This document shows positions 47,043-58,100 of a stretch of DNA of 64,000 bases, in pieces. The DNA is from Thermoproteota archaeon (lineage in GTDB: Archaea; Korarchaeota; Korarchaeia; Korarchaeales; Korarchaeaceae): positions 544,001-608,000 of the forward strand of contig JALSOH010000004.1 in assembly GCA_026986575.1 (NCBI GenBank), in the 5' to 3' direction. Both the position numbers and the translations under genes were made by a program. Within the stretch, counting starts at the first letter, position 1, and every line of letters begins with the position of its first letter. The notes below the pieces were generated by a model. The model did not search any database. It had not been told where the DNA came from and saw only the letters and a program-made list of their open reading frames with translations.

Positions 47043-48812
47043 ATGGGAGAGAGAACGATATTCATAGATCCTATTACTAGGATTGAAGGCCATTTAGGTT
47101 TGAACGCAATTGTCGACACAAATACTAAGGTAGTGAAGGAAGCTTGGGCCTTCTCCGCCATGTTCAGGGGATTCGAGGTTTTCTTAAGGGGCAGAGAACC
47201 ACCAGACGCCATCCACCTTACCAGTAGGATATGTGGGGTCTGCGCGGCATCCCATGCGAACGCTTCGGTTAGGGCTAATGACATGGCATTGGGCGCGGTA
47301 CCCAAGCCTTTCGGAGTTGTGATTAGGAACCTAGCATGGGCAGCTACCGATCACATATACGACCATCCGACTCACCTCAGCATACTGGCTGGTCCCGACT
47401 ACAGCGGGGTGGTAGTTTCTAAGCTGACGCCTTCCGTATATGAAGAGGCCAAGGTCACGAAAGCCGAGAACTCCGATGTTCATGGTTTCTCTACGATAGC
47501 CGATCTACTGGACGGTTTGAATCCTCTTCAAGGGAAGATCTACATGTTAGCTCTAAAGATGCAGAGAATCGCCAGACATGCCGGTGTCCTATTCTATGGA
47601 ACTCATCCACATCCGAGAACCCTCATTCCCGGAGGTATAGGAGCTACTGTGACTACTGAGAACCTAATTGAGTATTCCTACCGCCTCACTAAGTTGACTG
47701 CTTGGGTTAAGATGGTTGTCGCCGTCTGGGAGGATATAGCCAATTTCTTCAACTCTATAGGTTATGAGAAGCAGGGAATGACCTATGAGAAGCCTAATTT
47801 ACTCAGTGTGGGTACGTTCGAGGATCCCGAGGCCTATTCATCGCTGGGAGAGAGTCCAGATGAAATATACGCGAACATAAATGAAGCCGGAAGGAAGAGA
47901 TTCATAAAACCAGGCCTCATACTCGAAGGCGAACTAGTCACGGATAAGCTGACCGACATGAACTTGGGCACGATCGAGCTGGTTGACAGGGGCTTCTACA
48001 AGGACTGGGACACGACCTTCGTGGACAAGGATCCGGTGGGCAATCCCGTAGTTTGGGGTAACGCCGAACTGGCGAAGTACCACCCGTGGAACAAGACCAC
48101 GATCCCCAACCCACAGGCTCAGGACTGGCAGTCCAAATACACTTGGACTGGGACGGTCAGGTTCGTCTGGAAGGGCAAGATATACCCGATAGAGGTCGGT
48201 CCGATTGCTAGGATGTGGGCCCACGCCCTCCACAATGGTGGGAAGGTCAAGATTGAGCTTCCACGCACGAACGGTGTTCTTGAGCTGCCCTCCGGCACTT
48301 GGGACGCGATAACCTTCGAGTGGAACCTTCCGAAGGTGGGCGCTTCCACGACCATAGAGAGGATGAGGGCAAGGGCCTACAATGTCGCCCTTGACGTGGC
48401 CGCGGCATGGCATAACCTCTTGGCAGGTTTAGAACTAGCGAAGGCTGGCAAGACCGAAACCTCAAGGCCTTGGAAGAGGCCATCGTTCTCTGTGGCTTTC
48501 GGATTCGACGAGGCGCCGAGGGGAAGTGTGAGGCATTGGATGGTCGTGGAGAACTATAGGATAAAGAACTATCAAGTACATGCCCCGACAACGGCAAACC
48601 TCTCGCCTAAGGGCAGGTGGGGCAAGACTGGTCCATACGAAGAGTCGGTTATTGGAACAGCCATAACAGAGGAGGTGCCTGAGGACCAGTGGACTGGGCT
48701 CGACCTAGTCAGAGCAATAAGGAGTTTCGATCCGTGTATAGCCTGTTCAGTACATGTCTTCATCGGAAACAGGAGGATAGAGAAACTCATTACCCCCGTC
48801 TGTAGCGTATGA
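47043..48812 (+). CDS. [NiFe] hydrogenase large subunit
   Basis: DPITRIEGH, L1 RICGVC, EAPRG, L2 FDPCIACSVH plus cleavable C-terminal extension. Confidence 0.97.
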   Translation: MGERTIFIDPITRIEGHLGLNAIVDTNTKVVKEAWAFSAMFRGFEVFLRGREPPDAIHLTSRICGVCAASHANASVRANDMALGAVPKPFGVVIRNLAWAATDHIYDHPTHLSILAGPDYSGVVVSKLTPSVYEEAKVTKAENSDVHGFSTIADLLDGLNPLQGKIYMLALKMQRIARHAGVLFYGTHPHPRTLIPGGIGATVTTENLIEYSYRLTKLTAWVKMVVAVWEDIANFFNSIGYEKQGMTYEKPNLLSVGTFEDPEAYSSLGESPDEIYANINEAGRKRFIKPGLILEGELVTDKLTDMNLGTIELVDRGFYKDWDTTFVDKDPVGNPVVWGNAELAKYHPWNKTTIPNPQAQDWQSKYTWTGTVRFVWKGKIYPIEVGPIARMWAHALHNGGKVKIELPRTNGVLELPSGTWDAITFEWNLPKVGASTTIERMRARAYNVALDVAAAWHNLLAGLELAKAGKTETSRPWKRPSFSVAFGFDEAPRGSVRHWMVVENYRIKNYQVHAPTTANLSPKGRWGKTGPYEESVIGTAITEEVPEDQWTGLDLVRAIRSFDPCIACSVHVFIGNRRIEKLITPVCSV

Positions 48813-48822
48813 GGGGGTTAAA

Positions 48823-49611
48823 ATGGGGCTATATGAGTTCGCCATCTACGACATGTTCACGCCAACAATAGCTATATTTGCGTTTGGCATGGTCTATAGG
48901 CTGTCAAGGTACCTCTTCCTATATAAGAGGACCGCCCAACCAGTTTGGAGGAGAACCTCCTTCGTGCACAGGATATACATACTAATCGACGCGTTCCTCC
49001 ATGCAATCGTAGCCGCAATAAAAAGGTCCAAAGTGACCTTCGTAACCGGGATATTCCTCCTACACCTCTTCGGGGTCATCCCTATCCTCTTCCTCCTATC
49101 TCACCACATAGCTTGGTGGTCATATTACTTCCCGCCATATAGCATACTAAGACCATTCGCTATACCGACAAGCTCAACCTCCTCGACGCTTACGGTCACC
49201 GCGCCATTCACGCCGGTGACTGACATGTCAAATGGCTTTGTTAACACTATATGGGGGCCCTTGACAATAATACTGAATGGAGATGTCTTAGCGATCTTAG
49301 CTATATTTGGTACAACCTTCAAGCTCTTAGAGAGGATAGTGAAGAAAGTGAAGGAGAGGCTCGACAGGATCAGGGTAGGTGACTTTGTCGCGCTTGTACT
49401 ACTCCTCGTGATATTAATCAGTGGGTACCTAGCGACCCATCACCTTCCCTCCAACGAAATAGAGACCTATAAGCTCATGCTGGGCATCCACATACTCATG
49501 GCCGAGCTGCTTGTAATTCTGTTGCCATTCACAAAGTTCTTCCACTTCGTATTCGGCTTCTGGTACGGTAAACTTCACGAAGCTTATGACCTGTGGAGGA
49601 GGGGCCTATGA
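48823..49611 (+). CDS. NarI/DsrM-like cytochrome b membrane subunit (Isp1-like)
   Basis: About 5 TM, conserved His, LPFTKFFH. Confidence 0.8.
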   Translation: MGLYEFAIYDMFTPTIAIFAFGMVYRLSRYLFLYKRTAQPVWRRTSFVHRIYILIDAFLHAIVAAIKRSKVTFVTGIFLLHLFGVIPILFLLSHHIAWWSYYFPPYSILRPFAIPTSSTSSTLTVTAPFTPVTDMSNGFVNTIWGPLTIILNGDVLAILAIFGTTFKLLERIVKKVKERLDRIRVGDFVALVLLLVILISGYLATHHLPSNEIETYKLMLGIHILMAELLVILLPFTKFFHFVFGFWYGKLHEAYDLWRRGL

Positions 49612-50945
49612 TCGCTGTTGAGAAGGCAATAGATGTGGTACTCTCCGATCTTGATTCTGTAACCCTACATTTCCTCGAGTCCTGTGTTTCCTGCGGTCTC
49701 TGCGTACCTTTCTGCCCTTACACGGTAGCTGGACCAACCTACGAGCCAGTTAACAAGGCTGAGGCCATGAGACACATTTATAGGAGGAAAATGACCATAG
49801 CTGGCAGAATACTGGGTCCCTTGGTTGGAGCAAAGTACCCGAGAAGCGAGGAGGACCTAGACAGAATGACTAATATGGCTTATAGGTGTGTAAACTGTAG
49901 ATACTGTTACCAGACTTGTCCGTTCGGAATATATAGCGGTAAACTTGTGATAATGCTCAGGCGAATACTGGACAAGGTCGGTAGGGCTCCTTCGGTCCTG
50001 AAATACCTCCAGACCATCGAGCTCTCGGACAGCGTCCTCATCAATGAAAGTGTCAGGGAGAGATGGGCGAGTATACTGGATGAGGCGAGGAAATCCATAG
50101 GCAAAGATCTGCCTCTGGATAAGAAGGGAGCCGACGTGGTCTATCTTCCTTGGCTCGTAGAGGCATTACTCACACCTGAAGTCATAGTCTCCACGATAAA
50201 GATCTTGGACATGGTCGGCGAGAACTGGACTATGCCCTCCGAGCCCCTCGGATTCGAACCCCCGATGGGCGTGATCGTAGGGGATAGGGATTCTGAGAGG
50301 AAGGTCTTCAGGAGGATCAACTCCTACTTGGCGAAAGTGGGTGGGAAGAGGGCGCTCATGTCTCACGGAGGGACGCCGTACATGGAAATGAGGTTTGAAA
50401 TGCCCTTTGTGATGAACGAGAGACCCCCCTACGATGTGATCCACGTGACCGAGTATCTGGCGGAACTGTACGAGAAGGGAAAGATCAGGATAAGGAAGGA
50501 GGAGAGTGGAAAAGTGACGTGGCACGATCCATGCAAGCTGGCCAGAGGAAGCGGTGTAGTGGAGCAGCCTAGGATCTTGGTCAAGGCGTCCACCACTAAC
50601 TACGAGGACCTACCCCATGGCACGGGAATGTACTCCCATTGCTGTGGGGGTGGCTCCGGCATCGCCCTCATAACCTGCGATGGTAGGAAGCTGGTGGAGG
50701 AGTTCACAAGAGAGAAGATAAAACCTGCCGAATGGGAGGAGAAGATCTGCCCTCCACTCGAGGAGGACTACAAGAAGGCCATAAAGCAGAAGATAGATGA
50801 GATCTCCGAGATAAACGCCAACATTGTGGTTACCGGATGCTCGACCTGCATTTACAACATAAACAAAGGGGCGACCCTTTACGACAGGGACTTCCAGGCC
50901 ATTCACATCGTTCAGTACCTCTTGGACAAGATTGAGGTAACCTAA
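49608..50945 (+). CDS. HdrD/DsrK-like Fe-S CCG-domain protein (Isp2-like)
   Basis: Two CxxCxxCxxxCP motifs, TWHDPC, CCGGG, GC..C. Confidence 0.88.
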   Translation: MIAVEKAIDVVLSDLDSVTLHFLESCVSCGLCVPFCPYTVAGPTYEPVNKAEAMRHIYRRKMTIAGRILGPLVGAKYPRSEEDLDRMTNMAYRCVNCRYCYQTCPFGIYSGKLVIMLRRILDKVGRAPSVLKYLQTIELSDSVLINESVRERWASILDEARKSIGKDLPLDKKGADVVYLPWLVEALLTPEVIVSTIKILDMVGENWTMPSEPLGFEPPMGVIVGDRDSERKVFRRINSYLAKVGGKRALMSHGGTPYMEMRFEMPFVMNERPPYDVIHVTEYLAELYEKGKIRIRKEESGKVTWHDPCKLARGSGVVEQPRILVKASTTNYEDLPHGTGMYSHCCGGGSGIALITCDGRKLVEEFTREKIKPAEWEEKICPPLEEDYKKAIKQKIDEISEINANIVVTGCSTCIYNINKGATLYDRDFQAIHIVQYLLDKIEVT

Positions 50946-50963
50946 ACCTCCTCCCCTATTTTA

Positions 50964-51695
50964 GTGATCCGCATGGATCTAAAGGATCTGACAAGGTTCT
51001 TGGGAAGACTGGCAGGGCAGGTGAATGAGCTGGAAGAATCGGTAAAGCAAGGTCTCATGAGGAGGCTGGGGATCGATAAACTCCTCCTCTACAACATGCC
51101 AAATGCCGAGAGGGAGGACGTTAATGAATTGGAGGAGGAGGTCAAGAGGGCTCTGGGTGGAGAATCACTGGAAGAGGCTATAAGAAATGCCCTCAGCGCG
51201 GAGAAGAGACGCAGGGTCAGAATGGGCGGGAGAAGGCTGGCGATCATCTTCTCGGGCGGCGAGTTTGAGGGCGATAGGTCGATACCCTTGGCAATAATGG
51301 AGAGGATTGAGGTGAAGGGAAATGCCAGGAAATTCGACGCGAGTTCCTACCCCTTGGCTACCCTTCAAGAGGTCGTGGAGTTCGATCCTGATGTGGTGGT
51401 TATAGTCTCAGTCGAGCGCGGTGAGGGGATGTCTCTCGTGACGGAGCGCATAGACTTAGAGGCCCCGGCAGATAACTTGAAAGCCAGTGACATGATTGCC
51501 CCTCCCCTGCTGGGGGTCAACGATCCCGATTCTCTTGCCTCTGCTCTCGTCGCGATGATGGGAGCTAGGGAAGTCTGGAAGATCGTGTGCCACTCACCTC
51601 ACATGGAGGGGGATGGCGTCTCGGGAGTGGGCAGGAAGTGCTCAGAGGATCTGCAGAGGAGTCTGGAGAAGCTAATAAGGGAGCTAGGATTCTGA
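50964..51695 (+). CDS. hypothetical protein with a degenerate hydrogenase-protease-like C-terminal domain
   Basis: Helical N-terminus then .AIIFSG....GD, D.VVIV, G.G.S pattern; lies in the hydrogenase operon. Confidence 0.5.
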   Translation: MIRMDLKDLTRFLGRLAGQVNELEESVKQGLMRRLGIDKLLLYNMPNAEREDVNELEEEVKRALGGESLEEAIRNALSAEKRRRVRMGGRRLAIIFSGGEFEGDRSIPLAIMERIEVKGNARKFDASSYPLATLQEVVEFDPDVVVIVSVERGEGMSLVTERIDLEAPADNLKASDMIAPPLLGVNDPDSLASALVAMMGAREVWKIVCHSPHMEGDGVSGVGRKCSEDLQRSLEKLIRELGF

Positions 51696-52228
51696 TCTTG
51701 GGAATAGGGAACAGGCTCCTCACCGATGATGGCGTGGGATCCTGCTTCGCCGAGGCTCTATCCATCTTCGACCTCCCCGAGTGGATAGAAGTTATCGATG
51801 GGGGCTTGGGAGGGCTCAACCTGATAGACTACATGGAGGGGAAGGAGATCCTCTTTTTAGTGGATGCCCTTGACCCACGAGATGGAGAACCGGGCCAGGC
51901 GAAGCTCTTCAAAGTGAATCCCAAGGCGGTCGAGCCGACTGAAGCTATTAGAATGCTGGTTGAAGCTGGGAGCCATGGAGTGGTTCCAGAACTACTGGTG
52001 GCAGCTGCCGATGCTATGGGCTACCTTCCTAGAGAGTCCTATGTGCTTGGAATAGTACCCTGCCTAATCGACCTGGGAGATGGGATAACTACGCCAGCCG
52101 CCCGAGGTTGTTTAAAGGCCCTCCATGTACTCAAGGAAACGCTCTCAAAGAAGGGTTTCCCTCTTCCAGTTGATGATCACCGTTTTAAGGAAAGGTTGAG
52201 GGAGATATGTCTTGAGATCGATTGTTGA
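51638..52228 (+). CDS. hydrogenase maturation endopeptidase (HybD/HyaD family; start uncertain)
   Basis: ILGIGN.LLTDDGVG, IDGG..G, LVDA, SH. Confidence 0.92.
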   Translation: MLRGSAEESGEANKGARILILGIGNRLLTDDGVGSCFAEALSIFDLPEWIEVIDGGLGGLNLIDYMEGKEILFLVDALDPRDGEPGQAKLFKVNPKAVEPTEAIRMLVEAGSHGVVPELLVAAADAMGYLPRESYVLGIVPCLIDLGDGITTPAARGCLKALHVLKETLSKKGFPLPVDDHRFKERLREICLEIDC

Positions 52229-52237
52229 GGTGATCGT

Positions 52238-52669
52238 GTGCACGAATGGTCGCTAGCAGATGCCGTCGTCAGATCGCTCTTGGGGTTTATGGCCTCCGAG
52301 GGACTAAACTCAATTAAGGAAGTGGAGGTCACTTGGGGAGAGATATTAGAGCTCGATACTGGGATATTCGAACAGGCCTTTCATGAACTAACTAAGGGAA
52401 CTCCACTGGAGGGGGTGAAATTAGTTCTAAGGGAGGAGAAAGCATACTTCAAATGCAACTCCTGCGGTGCAGAGTGGGACTTCAAGACCGCTGATGAAAT
52501 ACTCTCTAGGGAGTTCGAGATAGTAGAAGAACCAGCAGGTGCGAGGGAAAGCCCACTCCACTTCCTGCCTGACCTAGCTAGGACGCTCCTGAGGTGCCCC
52601 AAGTGCGGTAGCAGGGACTTCGACCTGATTAGCGGTAAGGACTTGAGGGTATCTAAGGTGGTGGCGTGA
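52238..52669 (+). CDS. hypA: nickel metallochaperone HypA
   Basis: MHEWSLA, CNSC...CPKC. Confidence 0.95.
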   Translation: MHEWSLADAVVRSLLGFMASEGLNSIKEVEVTWGEILELDTGIFEQAFHELTKGTPLEGVKLVLREEKAYFKCNSCGAEWDFKTADEILSREFEIVEEPAGARESPLHFLPDLARTLLRCPKCGSRDFDLISGKDLRVSKVVA

Positions 52670-53442
52670 TGCGAGCCCCTGATGTACTACAGGATGAGGC
52701 CCTCAGGAGGATCTTAAGGGCGGAGAGGCTTCTAATGATTGCATCAGGGAAAGGAGGCGTTGGTAAGAGCCTCATCTCCAGGGCACTCGCCTCCACCCTG
52801 TCGGAGATGGGAAGAAAGGTAGGTCTGCTGGATTTGGATGTGCATGGGCCCTCGATCCACCAGATGTTCCGATCTGAGCGCCTCATCAAGGCGACAAAGC
52901 ATGGACTCGAGCCCCTGAAGATCGACGGACTCGAACTCATGTCACTGGGTTACATAGTTAGGGACTCGCCGGTTCCGCTCGGGGGCGAGGACAAGATGTC
53001 CCTCCTGAAGATGATGGTGGCCCTGACCGATTGGAGCCCCTTGGACTATCTGGTGGTTGATCTGCCCCCGGGAACCGGAGATGAGATGATACTGGCGATT
53101 AGAGCCCTCAGGAGGCATCCTAAGTCTGGCACGGTCCTAGTCACGCTGCCCTCCAAGCTCTCGCTCTCCGTCGTCAAGAGAGCCCTAGACCTGCTGAGGG
53201 ACGAGGGTGCGAGGGTCTTGGGGATCATAGAGAACATGGCCTATATCAGATGCGGCGGAGACATCGTGAGGCCCTTCGGTTCCTTGGACTACTCCTCACT
53301 CGGTGCTGATCTGCTGGGAAGCCTCCCCCTAGATCCGGCTGTCGAGGAAGCGCTCGCCTCAGGGAAACCACCGCACAAGGCCTCGAAGGAGGTGATGGAG
53401 GCTATCTCGGCTATAGCCTCTAGGATCGAGGTGATGATGTGA
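52666..53442 (+). CDS. Mrp/NBP35 P-loop ATPase (probable ATPase-type HypB)
   Basis: SGKGGVGKS, D.DVHGPS, DLPPGTGD, IENM; overlaps hypA. Confidence 0.85.
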   Translation: MMRAPDVLQDEALRRILRAERLLMIASGKGGVGKSLISRALASTLSEMGRKVGLLDLDVHGPSIHQMFRSERLIKATKHGLEPLKIDGLELMSLGYIVRDSPVPLGGEDKMSLLKMMVALTDWSPLDYLVVDLPPGTGDEMILAIRALRRHPKSGTVLVTLPSKLSLSVVKRALDLLRDEGARVLGIIENMAYIRCGGDIVRPFGSLDYSSLGADLLGSLPLDPAVEEALASGKPPHKASKEVMEAISAIASRIEVMM

Positions 53443-53666
53443 TGTGCCTGGGGATACCAGGGAAGGTGGTTGAGGTCAGGGAGAGGACCGCCATAGTGGA
53501 CTTCGGCGGGGTGCTCAGGGAGGTCGACGCGACTTTAGAGGAGGTGAATCTAGGGGACTATGTGATAGTCCACGTGGGAGTGATAATCTCGAAGATTGAT
53601 CCCGAAACGGCCAGGGAGACGATAGAAGCTTGGGAAGAGATGATAAAGGCGCTAGAGGGATCTTAA
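53442..53666 (+). CDS. hypC: HypC chaperone
   Basis: MCLGIPG, DYVIVHVG. Confidence 0.96.
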   Translation: MCLGIPGKVVEVRERTAIVDFGGVLREVDATLEEVNLGDYVIVHVGVIISKIDPETARETIEAWEEMIKALEGS

Positions 53667-54700
53667 TGACGGAAGAAGAGGTCAGACTAGCCCATGGATC
53701 CGGTGGTAAAGAGACGCAAGAGCTCCTGAACGAGGTAATCCTCTCCCTATTGGGAGAGGGGATGAAGAAGGTTGAAGGCGGCGTGGGCACCGACGAGCTG
53801 GACGATGGTGCCGCGATACCTATCCCAGGAGGATACGCTGTCATCACAGTGGATTCCTACACCGTGAAACCCCACTTCTTCCCGGGAGGCGATATAGGCA
53901 AGTTGGCCGCCTCGGGCACGATAAACGACCTGCTGATGATGGGCGCCAAGCCCTTGGCGATACTCGACTCGATAGTCGTTGAGGAGGGATTCCCCCTAGA
54001 AGATCTGAGGAGAATAACGGGAAGCATGATCGACACGCTTAAGCGGGTGGGTGTCAAGCTCGTGGGCGGTGATGTGAAGGTAATCCCCAAGGGCGGACTC
54101 GACGGTATAGTGATTACAACTACTGGCCTGGGTTTCGCCGAGAGGATAATAGTGGACTCCAATCTCAGGCCGGGGGACAAGATCATAGTCAGCGGGACGG
54201 TGGGAGATCATGGCGCCGCTATACTCGCAGCTCAGGAAGGATTGGAGGTGGAAGGAGGGATAGAGAGCGACGTAGCGCCCCTGCACGACCTCATGATACC
54301 TCTCATGGAGAAGTATGGGTCAGCCATACATGCTGCCCAAGACCCCACCCGAGGAGGACTGGCTCAGATCCTCAACGAGTGGGCGTCCAAAACTGGTTAC
54401 CTCATAGCAGTGGAGGAGGGAAGGATACCCATCGCGGAGGGGGTGAGGGCCTTCACAGAGCTGCTTGGTGTGGATCCTCTCACCCTAGCATGCGAGGGGA
54501 AGACTGTCTTGGGGGTATCCGGGGACGAGGCCGAGGACATCCTCAGCGTGATGAGGGACTTGGGTTTCGAGGACGCATCGATAATAGGTGAGGTTAGAGA
54601 GAGCGACAGATACGGTGGGATGGTTGTCATGAAAGCAATTACAGGCGGATTGAGGATATTAGAACCCCCATCAGGTGTTATCGTTCCTAGAATATGCTGA
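53666..54700 (+). CDS. hypE: HypE
   Basis: LAHGSGG, FFPGGDIG, DPTRGG, C-terminal PRIC. Confidence 0.97.
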   Translation: MTEEEVRLAHGSGGKETQELLNEVILSLLGEGMKKVEGGVGTDELDDGAAIPIPGGYAVITVDSYTVKPHFFPGGDIGKLAASGTINDLLMMGAKPLAILDSIVVEEGFPLEDLRRITGSMIDTLKRVGVKLVGGDVKVIPKGGLDGIVITTTGLGFAERIIVDSNLRPGDKIIVSGTVGDHGAAILAAQEGLEVEGGIESDVAPLHDLMIPLMEKYGSAIHAAQDPTRGGLAQILNEWASKTGYLIAVEEGRIPIAEGVRAFTELLGVDPLTLACEGKTVLGVSGDEAEDILSVMRDLGFEDASIIGEVRESDRYGGMVVMKAITGGLRILEPPSGVIVPRIC

Positions 54701-54703
54701 ATC

Positions 54704-54859
54704 CTACCTACTTACGAATTTATCCCTCTTTTTAGCCCCCCTCTTCCTGCATTTAGATCTCACAGGGTATAGCATTTCCTCGTAAGAGAATTCGTCCTCT
54801 GGGATCTCTTCTACGAAGCTCTCATATCCTTTCTCAAGGTCCTCGTCAGATTCTCCCAT
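54704..54859 (-). CDS. small acidic/basic protein (51 aa, absent from the ORF track)
   Basis: MGESDEDLEKGYESFVEEIPEDEFSYEEMLYPVRSKCRKRGAKKRDKFVSR; TTTTATAA about 25 nt upstream. Confidence 0.45.
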   Translation of the reverse strand: MGESDEDLEKGYESFVEEIPEDEFSYEEMLYPVRSKCRKRGAKKRDKFVSR

Positions 54860-55119
54860 CGATCTCAACTTAGTGGGGAAGCTTATAAAAGAACGCGGTC
54901 GCTAGGCTCGTCTCAGAAATCTTTAAATATTCATACAGTATCATATGTTCGAGTTATACTAAAATAAATTGAAGTTATCCCTGTTGCATATAACGAAAAT
55001 CTATTTTCATTATACAATTTAGTGATAATTAAAATGAAAAACAGCATTCTTTATAAAATAAACTCAGGGAATTTCCGCTGGAGCTAGGGCTCCATTCCCC
55101 CTGCGGGGTGATATTTTTG

Positions 55120-58100
55120 ATGCAAAGTCCCAGATTATCGAGAAGAACCTTTCTAAAGATGGCGAGCCTAGGAACCTTCTCACTACTCTTCTCAGGCTCG
55201 GTCCGGAAGGTCTTGGGGGTACCCAGTCCTAAAAGATACAGGCTGGGGGAAATAGGAGGCAAGGATTTACAGCTCACTAGGGAAGTCAGGGGAGTTTGCG
55301 GCTACTGCTCTGTGGGCTGCGGTATAATCTTCTATAAGACTGGCGATAAGGTGATCCACTTAGAGGGCGACCCGGATAATCCGTTGAACGAGGGCAAGCT
55401 TTGTCCTAAGGGAGAGGCCTCTCTAGAACTGTTCGGGCAGCATAATCCGAGGAGACTCAGAACTCCACTCATAAGGGTTAATCCTAAGCCTCCAGCCGAG
55501 GAGCTAAAGAAGGTTAAGACGCAGGACGAACTCAGGGCCATCTTGGATAAATACAAGCCGATATGGAGACCCGCTACTTGGGATGAGGCCTTCAGGTACA
55601 TAGCCGAGAGGATGAAGGAGATCCTTGATGAGGTAGGTTGGGATCCGAGGAAGGAAGATGGCTATTACCATCTAGGCAAGAAGTTCCCGTTGTGGATAGA
55701 GGCGGGCGCCAAGCTCACCAACGAGGAGGCCTACATAATAAAGAAGATCGCCACCATGCTGGGTAGCTACAACATAGACCACGACGCTAGGAGGTGTCAC
55801 TCCACCACCGTGGCCGGTTTGGCTGGAACGGTAGGCTTCGGAGCCCAGACTCAGAGCTTCATAGATACGCAGTTCATCTCCACGTACCTGATCTTCGGCG
55901 GCAATCCCGCGGAGAATCATCCGGTCAGTATGAGGCATACCCTCAAGGGTAAGGAGAAGGGGACCCTCAAGCTAGTGGTCGTCGATCCCAGATACAATAG
56001 GACCGCCTCTCAGGCTGACGTGTTCGCTTTCTTCAGACCGGGCTCAGATTTGGCATTCCTCCTCTACATCCTTCACTACGCCTTCTGGGAGAGGAATCCA
56101 CCGGTGGATCAGCTGGACACTTTCAAAGAATTCGTCACTAGGTTTAACGTGGATCTGGATGAGATAAAGGAGTTCAAGGAGATAGCCAAGGATTACACGG
56201 CTGAGGAGGTTTCGAGGATAACGGGGATACCTGTGAACAAGCTGAGGGAGATAGCCAAGCTATACGTGGAAAACAGTGGAGTGACGACGAACTTCAAGAG
56301 GTTCGGTTCCATCCAGTGGGCCATGGGGCAGACCCAGCACCATGTAGGGACTCAGATCACGAGGCTTAGCACCCTCGTGCAGCTGACCTTGGGCAACATG
56401 GGATTCCCGGGCGGAGGCCTGAACCCCTACAGGGGACACAGCAACGTGCAAGGGACCACCGACATGTGCATACTCTCGCACATACTGCCAGGTTACATAA
56501 AACAGCCCTCCAGCCCTCTCCAGATAAGGGTCTATCAGGACTGGAAGAATCAAGGCTTCCCCGATGCTTGGCACTGGGAGATCCCCGATTGGGCTGGCAG
56601 CAGCTTCGGTCCTAACGAGAGGGGTAAGGTGAACTCGACCAAAGTGCTCTGGTCGTGGTGGTTCCAGAACTGGAGGAGATTCGAGCTGACTTGGGGCATC
56701 TTCGTAGGTACCGATCCGGAATCGGATCCGAAGAACGGGACGGTGATAAGCGACTTCCCATTCGGAAAGGGATACACCGAGAACACTTGGTGGCAGGGAG
56801 TCCTCTTTGACGATGTGCTGAAGGCAGCCATAATAATGGCTGAGAACATAGCTGTCAGCGACGGGGATGCGATAACTACCTACATAGCCCTAGCATCGCT
56901 AAAGCTGCTTGTCGTGGTTGACCTGTGGGAGACTGAGACGGCAACATTCGCCGACGTCCTCCTGCCTGGCGCGTTCCAGTACGAGAAGTACGGGTCGATA
57001 ACGAACAGCAACCGCTGGGTCCAGTGGCAGGGCAGGGTCGTGCCTCCAGCCGGGGATGCCAAACCCGACCTCTGGATAATGCTCAAACTATGGGACTACT
57101 TCAAGAGCTACGGGATAGTGAGGCTTCCAAGCCAGATATACGGCAAGAAGACGGAGAAGGTCTCCATAAGGAATCCCAAGACAGGAGAGATGGTTGAGCT
57201 TTACGAGAGGAAGATTGAACCCTTCATGGACTACGCGACCGGTAGATTCGCCGATCCGGACTACGCCTACGCTGATCCTGAGCTCATATACAAGGAGATA
57301 GACTTGGCCGTTGATCTGTACAACGGGATGTACGACTGGGTTGACGGGAAGATACTGGCAAAGAGGAGGAAGCCCTTGCTGAGGACCGAGTCCGACATAG
57401 ATGGTATACTGGACAGGGAGTTCCTAATGTATAAGGACTGGGCGTGGACATGGCCCAAGAACGTGAGGATACTCTATGATCTCTGGACCCTCTCCAAGAC
57501 CTTAGGGAGGACCTTCAAGTTCACCTTCACTCCAGGCGAGTATTCCGTCGGAGACACGCTTAACGGTAGGACCGTGACCATAACCGGGGAAACTGGTGAG
57601 ATCAGGGATGCTAAGAGCGGCAAGTGGAGGCCTGCTTTCATACCGGGTCATAACTTCGTGGTCGGCAAGATGTACAAGAGGGCTTGGTCCGGCATGACTG
57701 ACCTGTTGACAGGTGCCGTCACGGCCAAGGACCTCCTCTGGTATGGAAGGGTAGTGGGGAAGTTCGTGATATTCAGCGGGGAATCCCATACCGTGACCAC
57801 CTACGAGGATCTGGGCATCAGGTGTCCTCTCTGCGAGAGCTTCTACTACGATGAGGATGTGATAAATGTCGGCAAAGCGAACTACAAGAAGCCCTACTTC
57901 AAGGGGACGAAGGACTACAAAGGTAAGAAGATAAAGTACGTGGGGTTCTACGACTGGAAGAAGGTGAGGGACAAGTTCTCCGAGGAGTTCAGGAGTTTAG
58001 CCAAGTCATTGGGCATAAGAGAAGCGGTCAAGAGCATGAAGGAGAAGTACGGCGAGTGGTACGCCTATCCTAATCCGAGCAACCCCAATGAGATCTTGGC

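Noticed and set aside
55780-55810. Selenocysteine recoding in FDH or hydrogenase
   Set aside because: The active-site codons are TGT (Cys) and the ORFs have no in-frame TGA
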